NCBI RefSeq assembly: GCF_001194135.2
Contig: NC_068994.1
Span: 35,609,840-35,673,839, forward strand
DNA: 64,000 nucleotides
Direction: 5' to 3'
Origin: Octopus bimaculoides
Taxonomy: Eukaryota
Below the pieces are notes generated by a model. The model saw only the letters and a list, made by a program, of their open reading frames with translations. It was not told the DNA's origin and ran no database searches. This document shows positions 41,944-55,663 of the stretch, one piece after another (the stretch's first letter is position 1; every line of letters begins with the position of its first letter). The position numbers and the translations under genes were made by a program.

Positions 41944-42850
41944 TCTTACACACATATACTTGTACTCTGTGGACAGAGAGAGAGAGAGAGTTTGAAGAAA
42001 ATGTGAATAAATGTAGCAAAAGAAATGCACAAGAGTAAAAAAGTAATTTATAGGTGTATATATATAAGGGTGCAAAATACATACATTCAAAATATATGAC
42101 GTGTGGTATATATGAAAGAGGGTATATATGAAAAAGTGGTATACATGAAAGTAGAAATGTGTAAGGTTTGCATGAATAAGACGTATGAGGAATGTATCAA
42201 ACAAGTGATTTATATATCAGAGGCTAAACGAGACAGGTAAATAAGCATGTGTGTCTATTGGCATATGCATAACTATCAATGTTGTTTAACCTTAGGTCAG
42301 CTTTGATCGCGCAGACACATGATCAAAAGTATTCCGGCCATGACTTTCCCAATTATTTCATAGTGCAAGGAATCCACAATCACATTATTTAAAGTTTATT
42401 CTTCTGAGGTGGCAGGCTGGGGGGAATGAGGGAGATTTAGATGCTATTTTTAGCAGACTGAATGTCTGCTATAGACAAGCTCCCATGTGTGACTATGTGA
42501 ATATACATGTGTGTGTGTGTGTGTGTGTCTCTCTGTGTAAGTGAGTGAGTGTACATGTATGTATTCATATGCTTCTGCCCATATTTGCATACTTCTGCAT
42601 GAATGAATGCATGTCTGCACAAGTGTGCATTTATCCTCATTACTTCTTTAGTTTCTTTAAAACGTTGTGGCTACAGCCATGCTGGAGTACTAAATTCATT
42701 TGTGTGGCTGTGTATGTGGTTGTGTGCATGTGTGTTTCCATATGTATCTGTATAAGTTTGTTTTAGCCAATATACTTGTGTAATTCTTCCACTATTACCT
42801 ATGAAGTTATACACATACCACACTACAAACACACACACACACACACACAT

Positions 42851-43062
42851 CTTTTTCTACTTTAGAAACAAGGACCAACGTTTTTGGGGAGGGGCCTAGT
42901 GGATTAGATCGACTTCAGTACACAACTGATACTTAATTTATCGACCCTGAAAGGATGAAAGACAAAATCGACCTCAGCGGAATTTGAACTCAGAACGTAA
43001 AGACAAATGAAATACTCCTAAGTATTTTGCCCAGCATGCTAACATTTCTGCCTGCTCGCCTT
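42851..43062 (-). mobile_element. tRNA-derived SINE, family B
   Basis: GGATGAAAGACAAAATCGACCTCAGCGGAATTTGAACTCAGAACG...CATGCTAACATTTCTGCCTGCTCGCC is the reverse complement of the family B head. Confidence 0.8.
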
Positions 43063-43618
43063 ATATATATATATATATATATATATATNNNNNNNNNNNN
43101 NNNNNNNNNNNNNNNNNNNNNNNNNNNNNNNNNNNNNNNNNNNNNNNNNNNNNNNNNNNNNNNNNNNNNNNNNNNNNNNNNNATATGTATATATATATAT
43201 ATATATGTAGCTAGATATACATATACATACATAAATATATATATATTCATGTGTGAGAGAGAGCTTAGGTGCATGTATGTGTGTGAGTGAGAGAAATACA
43301 GCGAGGGTGTATGAGTATATGCGAACAGGTATGAATTCAACTTCTCTGATGAAATGAGACAGAAAGCAGAAACTTCAAATTAAATTTGAAATGTTTTATG
43401 TTTGTTGTATGTAGCATAATACCAACCGCACTTAACGTTCAGATATTTCATATGAAATACAGACACACACTTACAAACACACACACACACACACAGATGT
43501 ATACACACTCATACACATACACAGTAAAACAGACACATCTATATGCACATATTAATCCATAGGAAATTTATTTTCTTACCATTTCTGTTTGTAGTTTTGT
43601 TTGATAACACATACTTCC

Positions 43619-43655
<37 letters not shown>

Positions 43656-43672
43656 ATTGTATNNNNNNNNNN

Positions 43673-43707
<35 letters not shown>

Positions 43708-43810
43708 ATTGTATATAACATGCATATAAATATATACACATATATATATACATTTACTTGAGTATATGAATGTACATGTGTGTATATGTATATATATATA
43801 CATATGTATG

Positions 43811-43860
<50 letters not shown>

Positions 43861-44240
43861 TAGATATATGTACATGCATATACCTATATAATTGTGCAGA
43901 AACACATACATATATGTATATGCATACACACACACACATATACACACTCACACATAAATATATGCACCCATACACATACATAGGTATATATAATATATAC
44001 ATATACATATGCACAGTAACCAAATGCATACTCCACAGAGCATATTGAAATGTGTGATCAGAAGGTATTCCCCAAAGAGCTCAACAAGCGTACACCATAT
44101 GAAATATATGAAACTAGTTACAGTTTACCTAAACACCAGCATATCTTACTTCTCAATAAAGTACATATTAGTTTATTCAAATATTCTTATTTTTATATGT
44201 GTGTGTGTGTAGATAGATATAGATAGATGTGCTTATATTT

Positions 44241-44273
<33 letters not shown>

Positions 44274-45795
44274 CAAACACACATACACACATGTGTGTAT
44301 GTCATTAAAAAATATAAGAAACAAAATCTTAGAACAAAAGCAATTTCTTAAAAACCACAAAATGATGCTTAGTAAACTTCTAAATGTTTAAGTGTGACTA
44401 GTTGAGCACTGAATGAGAAACAGTTACAAAGTATAAAGCTGAAGAAATTTAGGTTTTTTAACCTAAAAGATATTAGAATAAACATGAAACAAAAATGTTA
44501 TATATATGTATATATGTATATATATAATATATTCTCTCTAAGTAGACTTGTAAAAGTCAAGAAAACAAGAATTATGAATGTTACTAACTTAACTTTAAAC
44601 AAATCAAAGTAAAAGACAGGAAAACATTTATGAAAACTCACTCACCGATGCTTGTATATCTTATCCAGAGCATTGCTAGTCGAGGTGTGTATCCTGCTGT
44701 AGAGTTGTTCGGTTGGTTGTATGTTGAGTGACTGCTGCTGTTGTTTGGTGTTCTATGGTGTAATGTGGTGGTGGTGGTGGTGGTGGGATAGAGATGGTGT
44801 GGCGATGGTGTGCTCCGTAGCTCAATCTGTTTGTTCTTTGTCGTGTATGTGTGTGCGTGTATTTGTGTGTATATGGGGGTGGGGATATAATTGACTAAAG
44901 GAAGAATCTGTGATGCTAGCAAATAAAACTCTGTGTGTGTGTCAGAGAGAGAGAGAGATAGACAGAGACAGAGAGAGAATTTGTGTTAGTATTCCTCTGT
45001 GTGTGTGTAAATTTGTCTGTTAGTTTGTCTATGTAACTTTGTATCTGTGTAGTCACACTATGTCTGCGTTTGTGCATGTATGCTTGCATTTCCAAGCATT
45101 TTATAAATGTGTATGCATGGGTGTACGTCTATTTGTGTGTCTTTGAGGCTGTGTATTTTTTCCACATGGTTTATGCGTGTATGTACATGCATGTGTGTGT
45201 GAATTTGTGTTAGTGTGTCAGCGTGTCTACTTTTTGTCTGTGCTGTCATACCATGTATGTGTGCTTGCATTTCCATGGATTGTATATATATATATATATA
45301 TGTATGTGTTGGGGTGTCTATGTGAATTTGCGTGTGTATGTATACATGTGTGTGTCTGGGTGAGTCTGAATGAGTTTCTGTGTGCAGCATTGTATATATA
45401 TGCTTGTGTGTGTGTGTATGTGTGTAATTATATTTACATATACATGTATGTGTAGCTATGTGTCCATGTGTGAGTATGTCTTGTGTCTTTGTGTGATTGT
45501 TATTCTGTACCTATATATTTCATACAGGTGCGTGTGTGTGTGGGTATGTGATTTTGTTCTAGCTTGTGTATATATGCATGTTTGCTAGTGTGTTCCTATG
45601 TATATATGTGTATATGTCTATGTGTGTGTATTGGTATGAATGTATTTAAGTGTTTCTGTGTATATAGGTATATACATATGTAGTCATATATGTATGCAAA
45701 TATGTATGTATGTATAACACATACACATATATATATGTATGTATGTATGTATAATATATATGATATATATATGCACATATGTGTGNNNNNNNNNN

Positions 45796-45845
<50 letters not shown>

Positions 45846-46184
45846 TTTGTATAATAAGTATGTGTATGTACTTTTGTCTGTTTGTATCTGTGTGTGTGTG
45901 GACTTGAGTGTGTATGCTGTTTATGGATCCGAAAGAAATACGATTTCAGGATATCATAGAAATAAATTTAATGGAGAAATGTTACACTTATTCTTATTGA
46001 ACTACGAATAAGTATATGTACTCACATACACACAAACACATGTAGGTAAGTGCTAAAACAATCTAACTCAGTCTGACTGGCATATATGTACATATATGTG
46101 TATACACACACACATATATACATATATGTATCTGTGTGTGTGTGTAGTGAGTGAGAGATAGATAAATTGATAGATAGATACATC

Positions 46185-46223
<39 letters not shown>

Positions 46224-46628
46224 GTATATATGCACATAGAATACATGTGCATGTTTATGTGGGCGTGTGTATGTACATATATATGTTTGCATGTATATAC
46301 AAGAACATAATTACAGATAACTTGTGTCTGCATGTTAATGTCTAGATGCATACATATCAAAAAGCAAAAAAGGGATCCAACATCCTTCTCAAACCATAAG
46401 CTCAGAAGGCTGGTTTCCTAGATTGTGTGATGTATATGTTCCTCTTGGATGGGATGGCTGTCCATTGCAGGATTACTCACTTTTGCCAGTTGAGTAGATT
46501 GGAATATCATGAAATGAGATGTTTTGTTGAAGAACACAAGACATTGTCCAGTCCAGGAATTGAAACCACAATCTTAAGATCATGAGTGTGCAATACCATT
46601 AAGCCACATGCTTCCACATATATATATA

Positions 46629-46946
46629 TTTTTTATTTATTCATGCGCCCTTTTAAAGCCTAGTCAGGCTCATGGGCCCGGTTTCCCAGTTTCTATGGTG
46701 TATGTGTTCCCCCCAGCTGGACGGGACGCCAGTCCATCGCAGCGTACTCAAGAAACAAGAAGAAAGAGTGAGAGAAAGTTGGGGCGAAAGAGTACAACAG
46801 GGGTTGCCACCACCCCCTGCCGGAGCCTCGTGGAGCTTTAGATGTTTTCACTCAATAAACACTCACAACGCCTGGTCTGGGATTCGAAACCACGATCCTC
46901 CGACCGCAAGTCCGCTGCCCTAACCACTGGGCCATTGTGCCTCTAC
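46629..46946 (-). mobile_element. tRNA-derived SINE, family C
   Basis: Colinear with 17133-17448 along its whole length. Confidence 0.88.
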
Positions 46947-47004
46947 ATACATATATATATGCATATATAAGTACACACACACACACACACATAAATACAT
47001 GTAT

Positions 47005-47440
47005 ATGTATAAATTTGTTTCCGTCATTTGACTGCGGCCATGCTGGAGCACCGCCTTTAGTCAGAGAAATTGAGCCCAGGACTTATTCTTTGTAAGCCTA
47101 GTACTTATTGTATTGGTCTTTTGCCAACCTGCTAAGTTATGGGGACATAAACACACTAACATCAATTGTCAATGATGGTGGGGGAACAGACACACACACA
47201 AACAAACATATACATATACATACATACATACATACATATATATATATATATATTCATATATATATATTCATATATATATATATATATACATACACACACA
47301 TGTGATGGGCTCCTTTCAGTTTCCGTCTACCAAATCCACTCACAAGCCATTGGTTGGCCCAAGGCTATAGTAGAAGACACTTGCCCAAAGTGCCACACAG
47401 TGGGACGGAACCTGGAACCATGTGGTTGGGAAGCATGCCT
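47005..47440 (-). mobile_element. tRNA-derived SINE, family A
   Basis: TCATTTGACTGCGGCCATGCTGGAGCACCGCC tail and GGAACCATGTGGTTGGGAAGC head in reverse orientation. Confidence 0.85.
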
Positions 47441-47984
47441 GTGCCTACACACAACCATGTCTGTACATGAAAATGCGTGCAATAATTCAAAGTAATTCAA
47501 AGAATATTATACACATATATTTACATGTATGAGTTTATATTCAGGTAGATGTATTGGAACAAATGTGCAACTCATCTGTTTGTATGTACATACGTATATA
47601 TGTGCATATGTATGTATGCATCATATGCTTACGTTCCTATGCATGCACATATATGCATATATGCACATACAGACAGATTAACTGACCATAAATTTGCATA
47701 GATATGTATCTACATGAAAATGGATCTTAGTTGGTTTTGACTACGAGGTTTTAGTCGTTTGATCAACTAAATTACCAAGCTCATTGAATTAACATGTAAG
47801 TGGTTGAACATTCCGGACACGTGTACCTTTAATGTAATTCTCAGCCAGAATCTGCATAACCACAAAGAGTGACAAGTCTGTATCTTTGAGTTATAGGTAT
47901 GATCCATTTGATGGGCTTCTGTACAGTTTCTGTCTACACAATTAAGTATGTATTTATGTATGTATCTGCGTATGCATTAATGTA

Positions 47985-48189
47985 TCTTTTACTTCTTTTA
48001 GCTATTTGAATGTGGCCATGCTGGGGCACCACCTTCCAGCGTTTTAGCCAAAGAAATCAATCTCAGGACTTATTTTTTAAAGCCTGATACCTATTTGATC
48101 AGTCTCTTTTGTTGGACCTCTAAGTTACAGGGACATAAACACAGCAACACCAGTTGTCAAGTGGTGGTGGAAGACAGACACAAGCACAA

Positions 48190-48239
<50 letters not shown>

Positions 48240-48395
48240 CATGCTTCTTTCAGTTTCTCTCTACCAAGTCCACTCACAAGGCTTTAGTTGGCCTGAGGCT
48301 GTAGCAGACAACACTTACACAAAGTGCCATGCAGTGGGACTGAACCTGTAACCATGTGGTTGGGAAGCAAGCTTCTTACAACACTGCCATATTTG
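47985..48395 (-). mobile_element. tRNA-derived SINE, family A
   Basis: Same modules as 47005-47440, with an internal (CA)n tract. Confidence 0.82.
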
Positions 48396-49332
48396 CTCCT
48401 ATTATATATATGTATGTATGTACGAGTTTATGTATATGATTGTATGTGTGTATGTGTGCATGTATGAGTCGATGTATGAATATATCTATGTGTGTATATA
48501 TGTGTGCATGTATGTATGTGTGTATGTATGTGTATATGCATGTGTAGGTATGCAAATGCATATGTAGATAATTAAGTACATATATACATACATATAGTCA
48601 TGCATGCATACATACATATGTATGTACATATGTAACGGCTGTTGACTTGTTAGCCAAGTGTGACTGTCACTGACAAATTATATTTCTCTCTCTTTACTTT
48701 TAATAATTATGGGACCTATAATGGCTTTTAAAGTCAACAAGTGACTTGCATTCTTTTGTAGAAGCAGCAGTCATATTTATGAGTTGCAATTGGTTACTCA
48801 TTCTACACAACACCTTGATTGTGAAAGTGAAAGTGCCTTGTGAGTCTAGATGGCTGGAAAATTGCCTACCTCATCGATTACATATAGAATTAAAGGAAAA
48901 GGATCAAAGGTCCTTCTTAATCGAAACCACAATCTTACAATCATGAGTGTAACACCCTAACCACTTATCGGAGAGGTTTTTTGCTCTTGTGGCTTCAGAG
49001 AAATCTTGGACAGTGATGTTTCTTGATTATCCCTAGAAGCCTTCCTGTATCAGGAGGGGCCCAACTCTATCATCCTCCCTGACACTTTTTTTTTAACCAT
49101 TGTATGCTTTGTCTATGTCCCTTCTTTTTCAGTGTATGCTGTGTATACTTAATTTCTTTCTTTCTTACCTTCTTTTTTTTTATCATTTCATTATATGTAA
49201 ACCCCTGACACTTTATGTCTGTCTTTGTATTGTCTCGCCCTCATCCTTTGCCCTTGTGGCAAATAAATGAGATGATTATTATTATTATTATTATTATTAT
49301 CATTAGTGGTGGTGGTGGCGGCGGCAGCGGTG

Positions 49333-49439
49333 TTCTTCTTGTTCTCCTTCTTCTTCTTCTTCTTCTTCTTCTTCTTCTTCTTCTTCTTCTTCTTCTTCTT
49401 CTTCTTCTTCTTCTTCTTCTTCTTCTTCTTCTTCTTCTC
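49333..49439. repeat. (CTT)n microsatellite
   Basis: Direct; source of the poly-K/R/L ORFs in the track. Confidence 0.97.
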
Positions 49440-49440
49440 C

Positions 49441-49691
49441 AGCATATAAATCTTTCATGGCTGAGTTTTGTGTAATTATGCCTCACTTCCTACTTGCACC
49501 TCAGAGGTGCATTACCTCCTTCAGCACATGAGCTGTTCCAAGCACTGCAGCAGTTTGTGTACTCCCTGATATATCTGGTATGCCTAAGATCTCAGGTATT
49601 ACACCCAGATCCTTTGAAATTGTTCCAAGTCCACCAATTATTATTATTTCCATTTCACTTCTCATAGCTCTTGATTTCACTTGCTCCAGCT
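49441..49691 (-). pseudogene. 3' fragment B of an R4/Dong-like RLE non-LTR retrotransposon
   Basis: Minus translation ...MEIIIIGGLGTISKDLGVIPEILGIPDIS..QTAAVLGTAHVLKEVMHL*, matching the RLE C-terminal GALG...QKxAxLGTAxILR motif. Confidence 0.7.
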
Positions 49692-49701
49692 AATACTATA
49701 A

Positions 49702-50335
49702 GAGCAGACGACAACTTGTTTTCAAGGATCTCACAGGGTCTCTTTCCACAATAATTTACATCCTAATATCAATCTCAAAATACTTGCTGTCTCCAACAAA
49801 CAACTTTCTTAGCATGTTCTACCATCATGTCAATCCCAATTTCTCCAACAAATTACTCAAATTTGGTTGCTAATGCTCTCAGTACCCTGACAACTTCTGG
49901 GATGACAGTTGCTTACTTCATTGCCCACATTCATGCAGGTATGGCAATATCAATGATTTTGGTTTTCTTTTGTCAACTACAACAATGTCTGCTCTCCAAG
50001 CATCAATCACTGAATCACACTGGATTGTAAAATCCCACAAAATTTTATACTTATTATTCTTGGTGAGACCTGATTTATGCTCATACCATTTCAGTGTCTT
50101 CTCAAACAGTCTCCAGTGAACAAACTTAGTTATGTAATCATGCATCATTTTGTATTCTTTTTCAGCCAGTTTGCTACACTCACTCGCAATATGTGAGACT
50201 GTTTCATTTTGGTTGCCACACACCCAACAAAGGGGCAATTCATTACTTTTATCTATTTGGAATTTGGTGTAATTACTTATCAGTTTGTTCCTGAACACTG
50301 CCTGTCAGTGCCTCAGTACAACCTTTCAGATCACT
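49702..50335 (-). pseudogene. 3' fragment A of an R4/Dong-like RLE non-LTR retrotransposon (CCHC knuckle plus restriction-like endonuclease)
   Basis: ORF 49918-50298 gives LCWVCGNQNETVSHIASEC...MHDYITKFVHW...WYEH...KILWDFTIQCDSVIDAWRADIVVVDK; downstream frames give VIPEVVRVLRALATKFE*FVGEIGIDM and LLETASILRLILG. Confidence 0.88.
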
Positions 50336-51186
50336 TTATTATTATTATTGTTATTATTGTTATTGTTGAATGAGAGCGCATGCAATCAAAGTGACACTGG
50401 GCTACAAATATACAAAACCAAATATGCATATAATGACTACCTGTCTGATATGAGTATACCAGGCACATGCAAGACAACCCTATGTGCATAACATGGTGAC
50501 CTCATATCAAGATAAACAGTGCATGATCTTGCAGGCAAGGCCCAGTTAGAATTTTTTTTTCAGGTCAAATAGCCTATCCTACTCAAAAGGCCTCGGAAGA
50601 AGGGTTGTTTAAGGATGTTGAACAAAACCCCCCATGTTTCCAGAGGTAAATTATTCAAACACAAAGAATTCCTCTCAACATATGGCTATGATGCTCCTCA
50701 GCTACTGCATATGATGAGAGAAGCATATATCGTTGGCCACTAAGGGACATGCTCAACTGGTTAAGGTCCAAACAACTGACAAACAAATCTGCTGCATTGA
50801 GCAGAATATTTGCTGTAGCTCATCATTTGCACCAAGACAAAACATATATGTTAACGCTTCCAATTAGTTAAGATTAACACTTTCACCCAGCTAAGAATTA
50901 TATTAATGCCATTATTATTAACACTGGTACTATTATTATTACTGGTACTATTAGGGATAACTTAGGTTTTGCAATTCACATTTGTAGACAATTATTTGAT
51001 GCCTACATTTCTTAAGGATCTCTCATCATTCACATTGAGAGAGCCACACGAAACATAAGTTACCCCTCACTTTCCCAGTAAACAATATTAAAAATAACAT
51101 TCTCCTCTGTTGACTACATAGAGCATACACACTTCTTTCAGTTCTGACTTTGTATGAAAAGAAAACTTTCAATACCACCTACCTAC

Positions 51187-51217
<31 letters not shown>

Positions 51218-52488
51218 TGTATGTATGTATGTATGCATGCATGCATGCATGTACTTACGTACATATGTATATATAAGCAGATGTGCTTCATGTGGACACA
51301 GCTTGGATTCTAACCCCTTCTATGCAATATGTGTGTGTGTGTGAGTATATATAAACACACATATATGTACATATATACAAACATATATATATACATACAT
51401 ATACATGCACACACACACACACACACACACACATACAACCACATACACACATATATATATGCATATGTACAAGTACACATATAGTGATTAATCATAACTT
51501 CACATACATATGTACAACAATACTTGCACACAGACTAACAGCACATGGATTCACATATATATATATACATACATACAAATACACTTGCATGTAAATGAAT
51601 ATGTATTTTAACACAGACTAATATTGCATGCATTTACATATATGAATACATATGCACATACACATGAATTCACATGTACATATATGCATAGCTGCACTTT
51701 CATATACACAGAAGAATTGCACTTTTGTATAACTTCTACAAAATAAGTTTACCATTCTTCATATACTTCTATCTCATCTCTTTCCCTCTTACTCACTCTC
51801 CCTCTCTTCTTCTGTGCATGGGTGTGTGTGCACGTATGTATATGTATGTATATATTATATATATATATATATAAATATATACATACATATATATATATAT
51901 TATTTATACATATATATTTCTATATGAATATATGCATGTATATATATATTTATATATAAATATATACACATATCTAATATNNNNNNNNNNNNNNNNNNNN
52001 NNNNNNNNNNNNNNNNNNNNNNNNNNNNNNNNNNNNNNNNNNNNNNNNNNNNNNTAAAATATGTATGTATACATATGTAATATATGTGTCTGTATACATA
52101 TATGCATGCATGTATATATGTATGTTTATTATTTTTTATTTTCATTGAGTTGGCTTTATATTTGCAAATACTATTTGAAGTATTCTTCCTCAAAACAATT
52201 CCATATTTTGGTTGGGTGATGTTGCCATTTAATAGCAGTGAAGGGGTCGATGGAGTCGGTGGTATTGACAGAGTAAGTTTATGAAGAGTTTCATGAGTGT
52301 TTATTTACAACAAATATAAAACAATTGCCGATAATCAGAGAAACAAAATATTCCTTAATTTAATATTTATTGTTCTGAGATAATGCTACATAATTGTATT
52401 ATTATTACATGTGTATGTGTGTATAGTTGTATACATGTGTGCATGCATCTGTCTGTGTTTATACATGTATGCATTCATTAATTTATAA

Positions 52489-52564
<76 letters not shown>

Positions 52565-52609
52565 ATATTTGTGTATAAATATATGTGTACATATGTATAT
52601 ATATTTCTC

Positions 52610-53068
52610 TTATTCTTTAATTCTCTTACTTGTTTCAGTCATTTGACTGCATCCATGCTGGAGCACTACCTTTTAGTTGAACAACTCAACCCTAGGACTT
52701 ATTCTTTGTAAGCCTAGTGCTTATTTTATCTGTCTCTTTTGCCAAACCACTAAGTTATAGGGTTGTAAACACACCAGCACTGGTTGTCAAGTGACGGGTG
52801 GGGGACAAACACAGACATACACACACACGTGCACACACAAACACACACAGACACACACACACACACACACACGCACACACACACACACACTCATACATAT
52901 AAATGACAAGCTTCTTTCAGTTTCTGTCTACCAAATGCCCTCACAAGGCTTTGGTCAGCCCTAAGCTATAGTAGAAAACACTTGCCCAAGGTACCACACA
53001 GTGGGACTGAACCTGGAGCCATGTGGCTGGTAAGTAAGCTACGTATCACACAGCTGCTCCTGCACCTA
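52610..53068 (-). mobile_element. tRNA-derived SINE, family A (near full length)
   Basis: All family A modules present in reverse orientation. Confidence 0.85.
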
Positions 53069-53113
53069 TATATGTATATATGTATGTATGTATGTATCTA
53101 TCTNNNNNNNNNN

Positions 53114-53152
<39 letters not shown>

Positions 53153-53328
53153 ATACTGATATATGCAGATATATAAATATATTTTTGTAGGAGTTTGAAT
53201 GAGTACTCCATATATACATGTTAAACATACATGTAGATGTATGTACATTTGGAACATATATATATATATATACGTAAAGATATGTGTACATATATATATA
53301 TACATATAGATATATATTTATCTATCTA

Positions 53329-53364
<36 letters not shown>

Positions 53365-54309
53365 TACAGATATAGATATATACATATCTACATGTCTATA
53401 CACATACTCATGCACCCACATACATGTGTGCATCTATGTATATGAATGAAACAGCAACAGCAATGAAAATTTTGTGATAATTGAAGTTTTGATATTTAAT
53501 GAGATGCATAGAATCGTAGAGATGTCAGATCATTAGACTAAATTCATTGAGGTATTTAAAGTTTCATTCTAAAGGTATTGCTCCAGCCTGGTCATGACCA
53601 CATTGTCTAAAACTTGCTATGGAAGTTAAAATATGCTCTAATATTCCAAGTTTAAATCATCTTGGAGCCAACTTTACCTTCTTTTCATTCAGGTCAAAGT
53701 GATGTAAGGGCAGGCACAATTAAGTAGGTACCAGAAATATAAGAATTCAGAAGGAATGAAAAGGGGTTTATTAATCAACTTTACCTTTTTATCCATGAAT
53801 GAAAGCATGGCTTAGTGCCACCCAAGAATAAAGTTAAAAGAAAACAAAGACAAAAACAATGAGTAAAAAAATCAATACATTTTTTTTACATGCTAAAACA
53901 TTTAACTGAAAAATATAAAGCAACTTGTTTCAAATTACAGGATTTTAAATAATTTATTTACTTTTACATTTTATTTTTAGTTTTTGATAAATTTGTAAAA
54001 TTGGCAGTGGTGGTGGTTGTGGTGGTGTTGAAACAAGTAACATATTATTTTATTATTACAACTATATGAGTGAGGAATGTGTATAGAGAGGAGGGTGTTT
54101 TTTTTTTTTTATTCCTGCGAACAATAGATTCAAAAGTATTCAATTTAATGACTGCAGAGGAGATAAAATAGCTTTAAGAAAATGAAATTTGGTGCAAAGA
54201 TTGAATCGCAGTTCTTGAAATTAAATCAGATATTTTACTAACTTGAGTGCTTTGGTTTGTGAATGCCATATCAATGATGCAATTATAGGTTCAATGCTAA
54301 GACTGGGTT

Positions 54310-54332
54310 ATTGTTGCTGTTGTTGTTGTTGC

Positions 54333-54423
<91 letters not shown>

Positions 54424-54425
54424 TT
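54310..54425. repeat. (TTG)n(TTA)n(TAG)n compound microsatellite
   Basis: Direct. Confidence 0.95.
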
Positions 54426-54596
54426 TACTTCATGTATTTCTTTTAATAAATTCATATTTCCACTTCGTAGTACAGATATATTTTTGAAAATGTAATTAAA
54501 ATACATTTTTTCGAATGGCTGGTCATCAAAGATACTGGCTGATATATGAAGGGAAGACTTACTATTCTTGTATGAATATGCAATGTGACCAGATTC

Positions 54597-54648
<52 letters not shown>

Positions 54649-55626
54649 CACGTTTGTATGTGTGTGTGTAAAATAGTTGCAGACGTAGCTGTGTGATTTA
54701 GCTTTTGAGTCACGTGCTCAGGGCTTTTGTTTTGAGGGGTGTAGAACCACCTCTTAATTGCTATTGTTCCCAGCTTTACTCAGACCCAGAACAGTAGCAC
54801 CTATTGGGGTCCAAGCTATGAATGAATTATCATGTGAACAACTGGGAGCAAAGGACCCTTAGTTTTCATTAGACTTCCTTCTAGAAGAAGGTAAATTTGT
54901 ATAAAAAATCTCAAAGAGCAGTTGGATTCTGGGCGACTCAACTTCTCCTGTGCCACTTTTTTAATAGCTGGTTGTGCTGAAAGTGGGTTCAGTGCCGTGC
55001 AATCCTTTATCCACTCAAAACAAATCCGTGTGCAAGAACTTCTTGCAGTCTTGGAATGTTTGCACAAATGTACTGAGTTTAGGCATTAGTTTTACTTGGT
55101 CACGAGTTGACTTCCACCTTGTACATACATGTATTTATATGTGTATGTATCGGTGGATGTGTGTGTGTGTGTGTGTGTGTGCATGTGTGTGTGCATGTAT
55201 CTATGAATGTATTCTTAACCATTGGATACAGACATGTCTGAATAACTGTTTCAGAATTATGAGGTTCTGGGTTTGATCCTGTTCTCAAGAAATGTTTCTT
55301 ACCATAATCTTGGGTTGATTCAAGCTTTGTAATTCTTCGGAAGTCTGTCTGATGAATCCCACTTGTATATCAAAGAGCCCAGTCTTGTCATGCACACTCT
55401 GTGATCCTGATTTTGGCTGATAATTGTATTAAAAGAATGTGTCTGTGGAACTAACTTAATACAGATAATTCAATTGATCAAGCACATGGAAGATTCATCA
55501 TCGAAACCAACAAAAGCTCACTTCAAATATACCTGTATATATACATACATACACATATATACACATGCATGCATACACAAACATGTGTATGGGTGTATTA
55601 TATTATGTATGTATATACATGTATTA

Positions 55627-55663
<37 letters not shown>

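Noticed and set aside
43346-43375. CTGATGA...GAAA motif
   Set aside because: The intervening bases cannot form helix II, and there is no helix III or helix I pairing.
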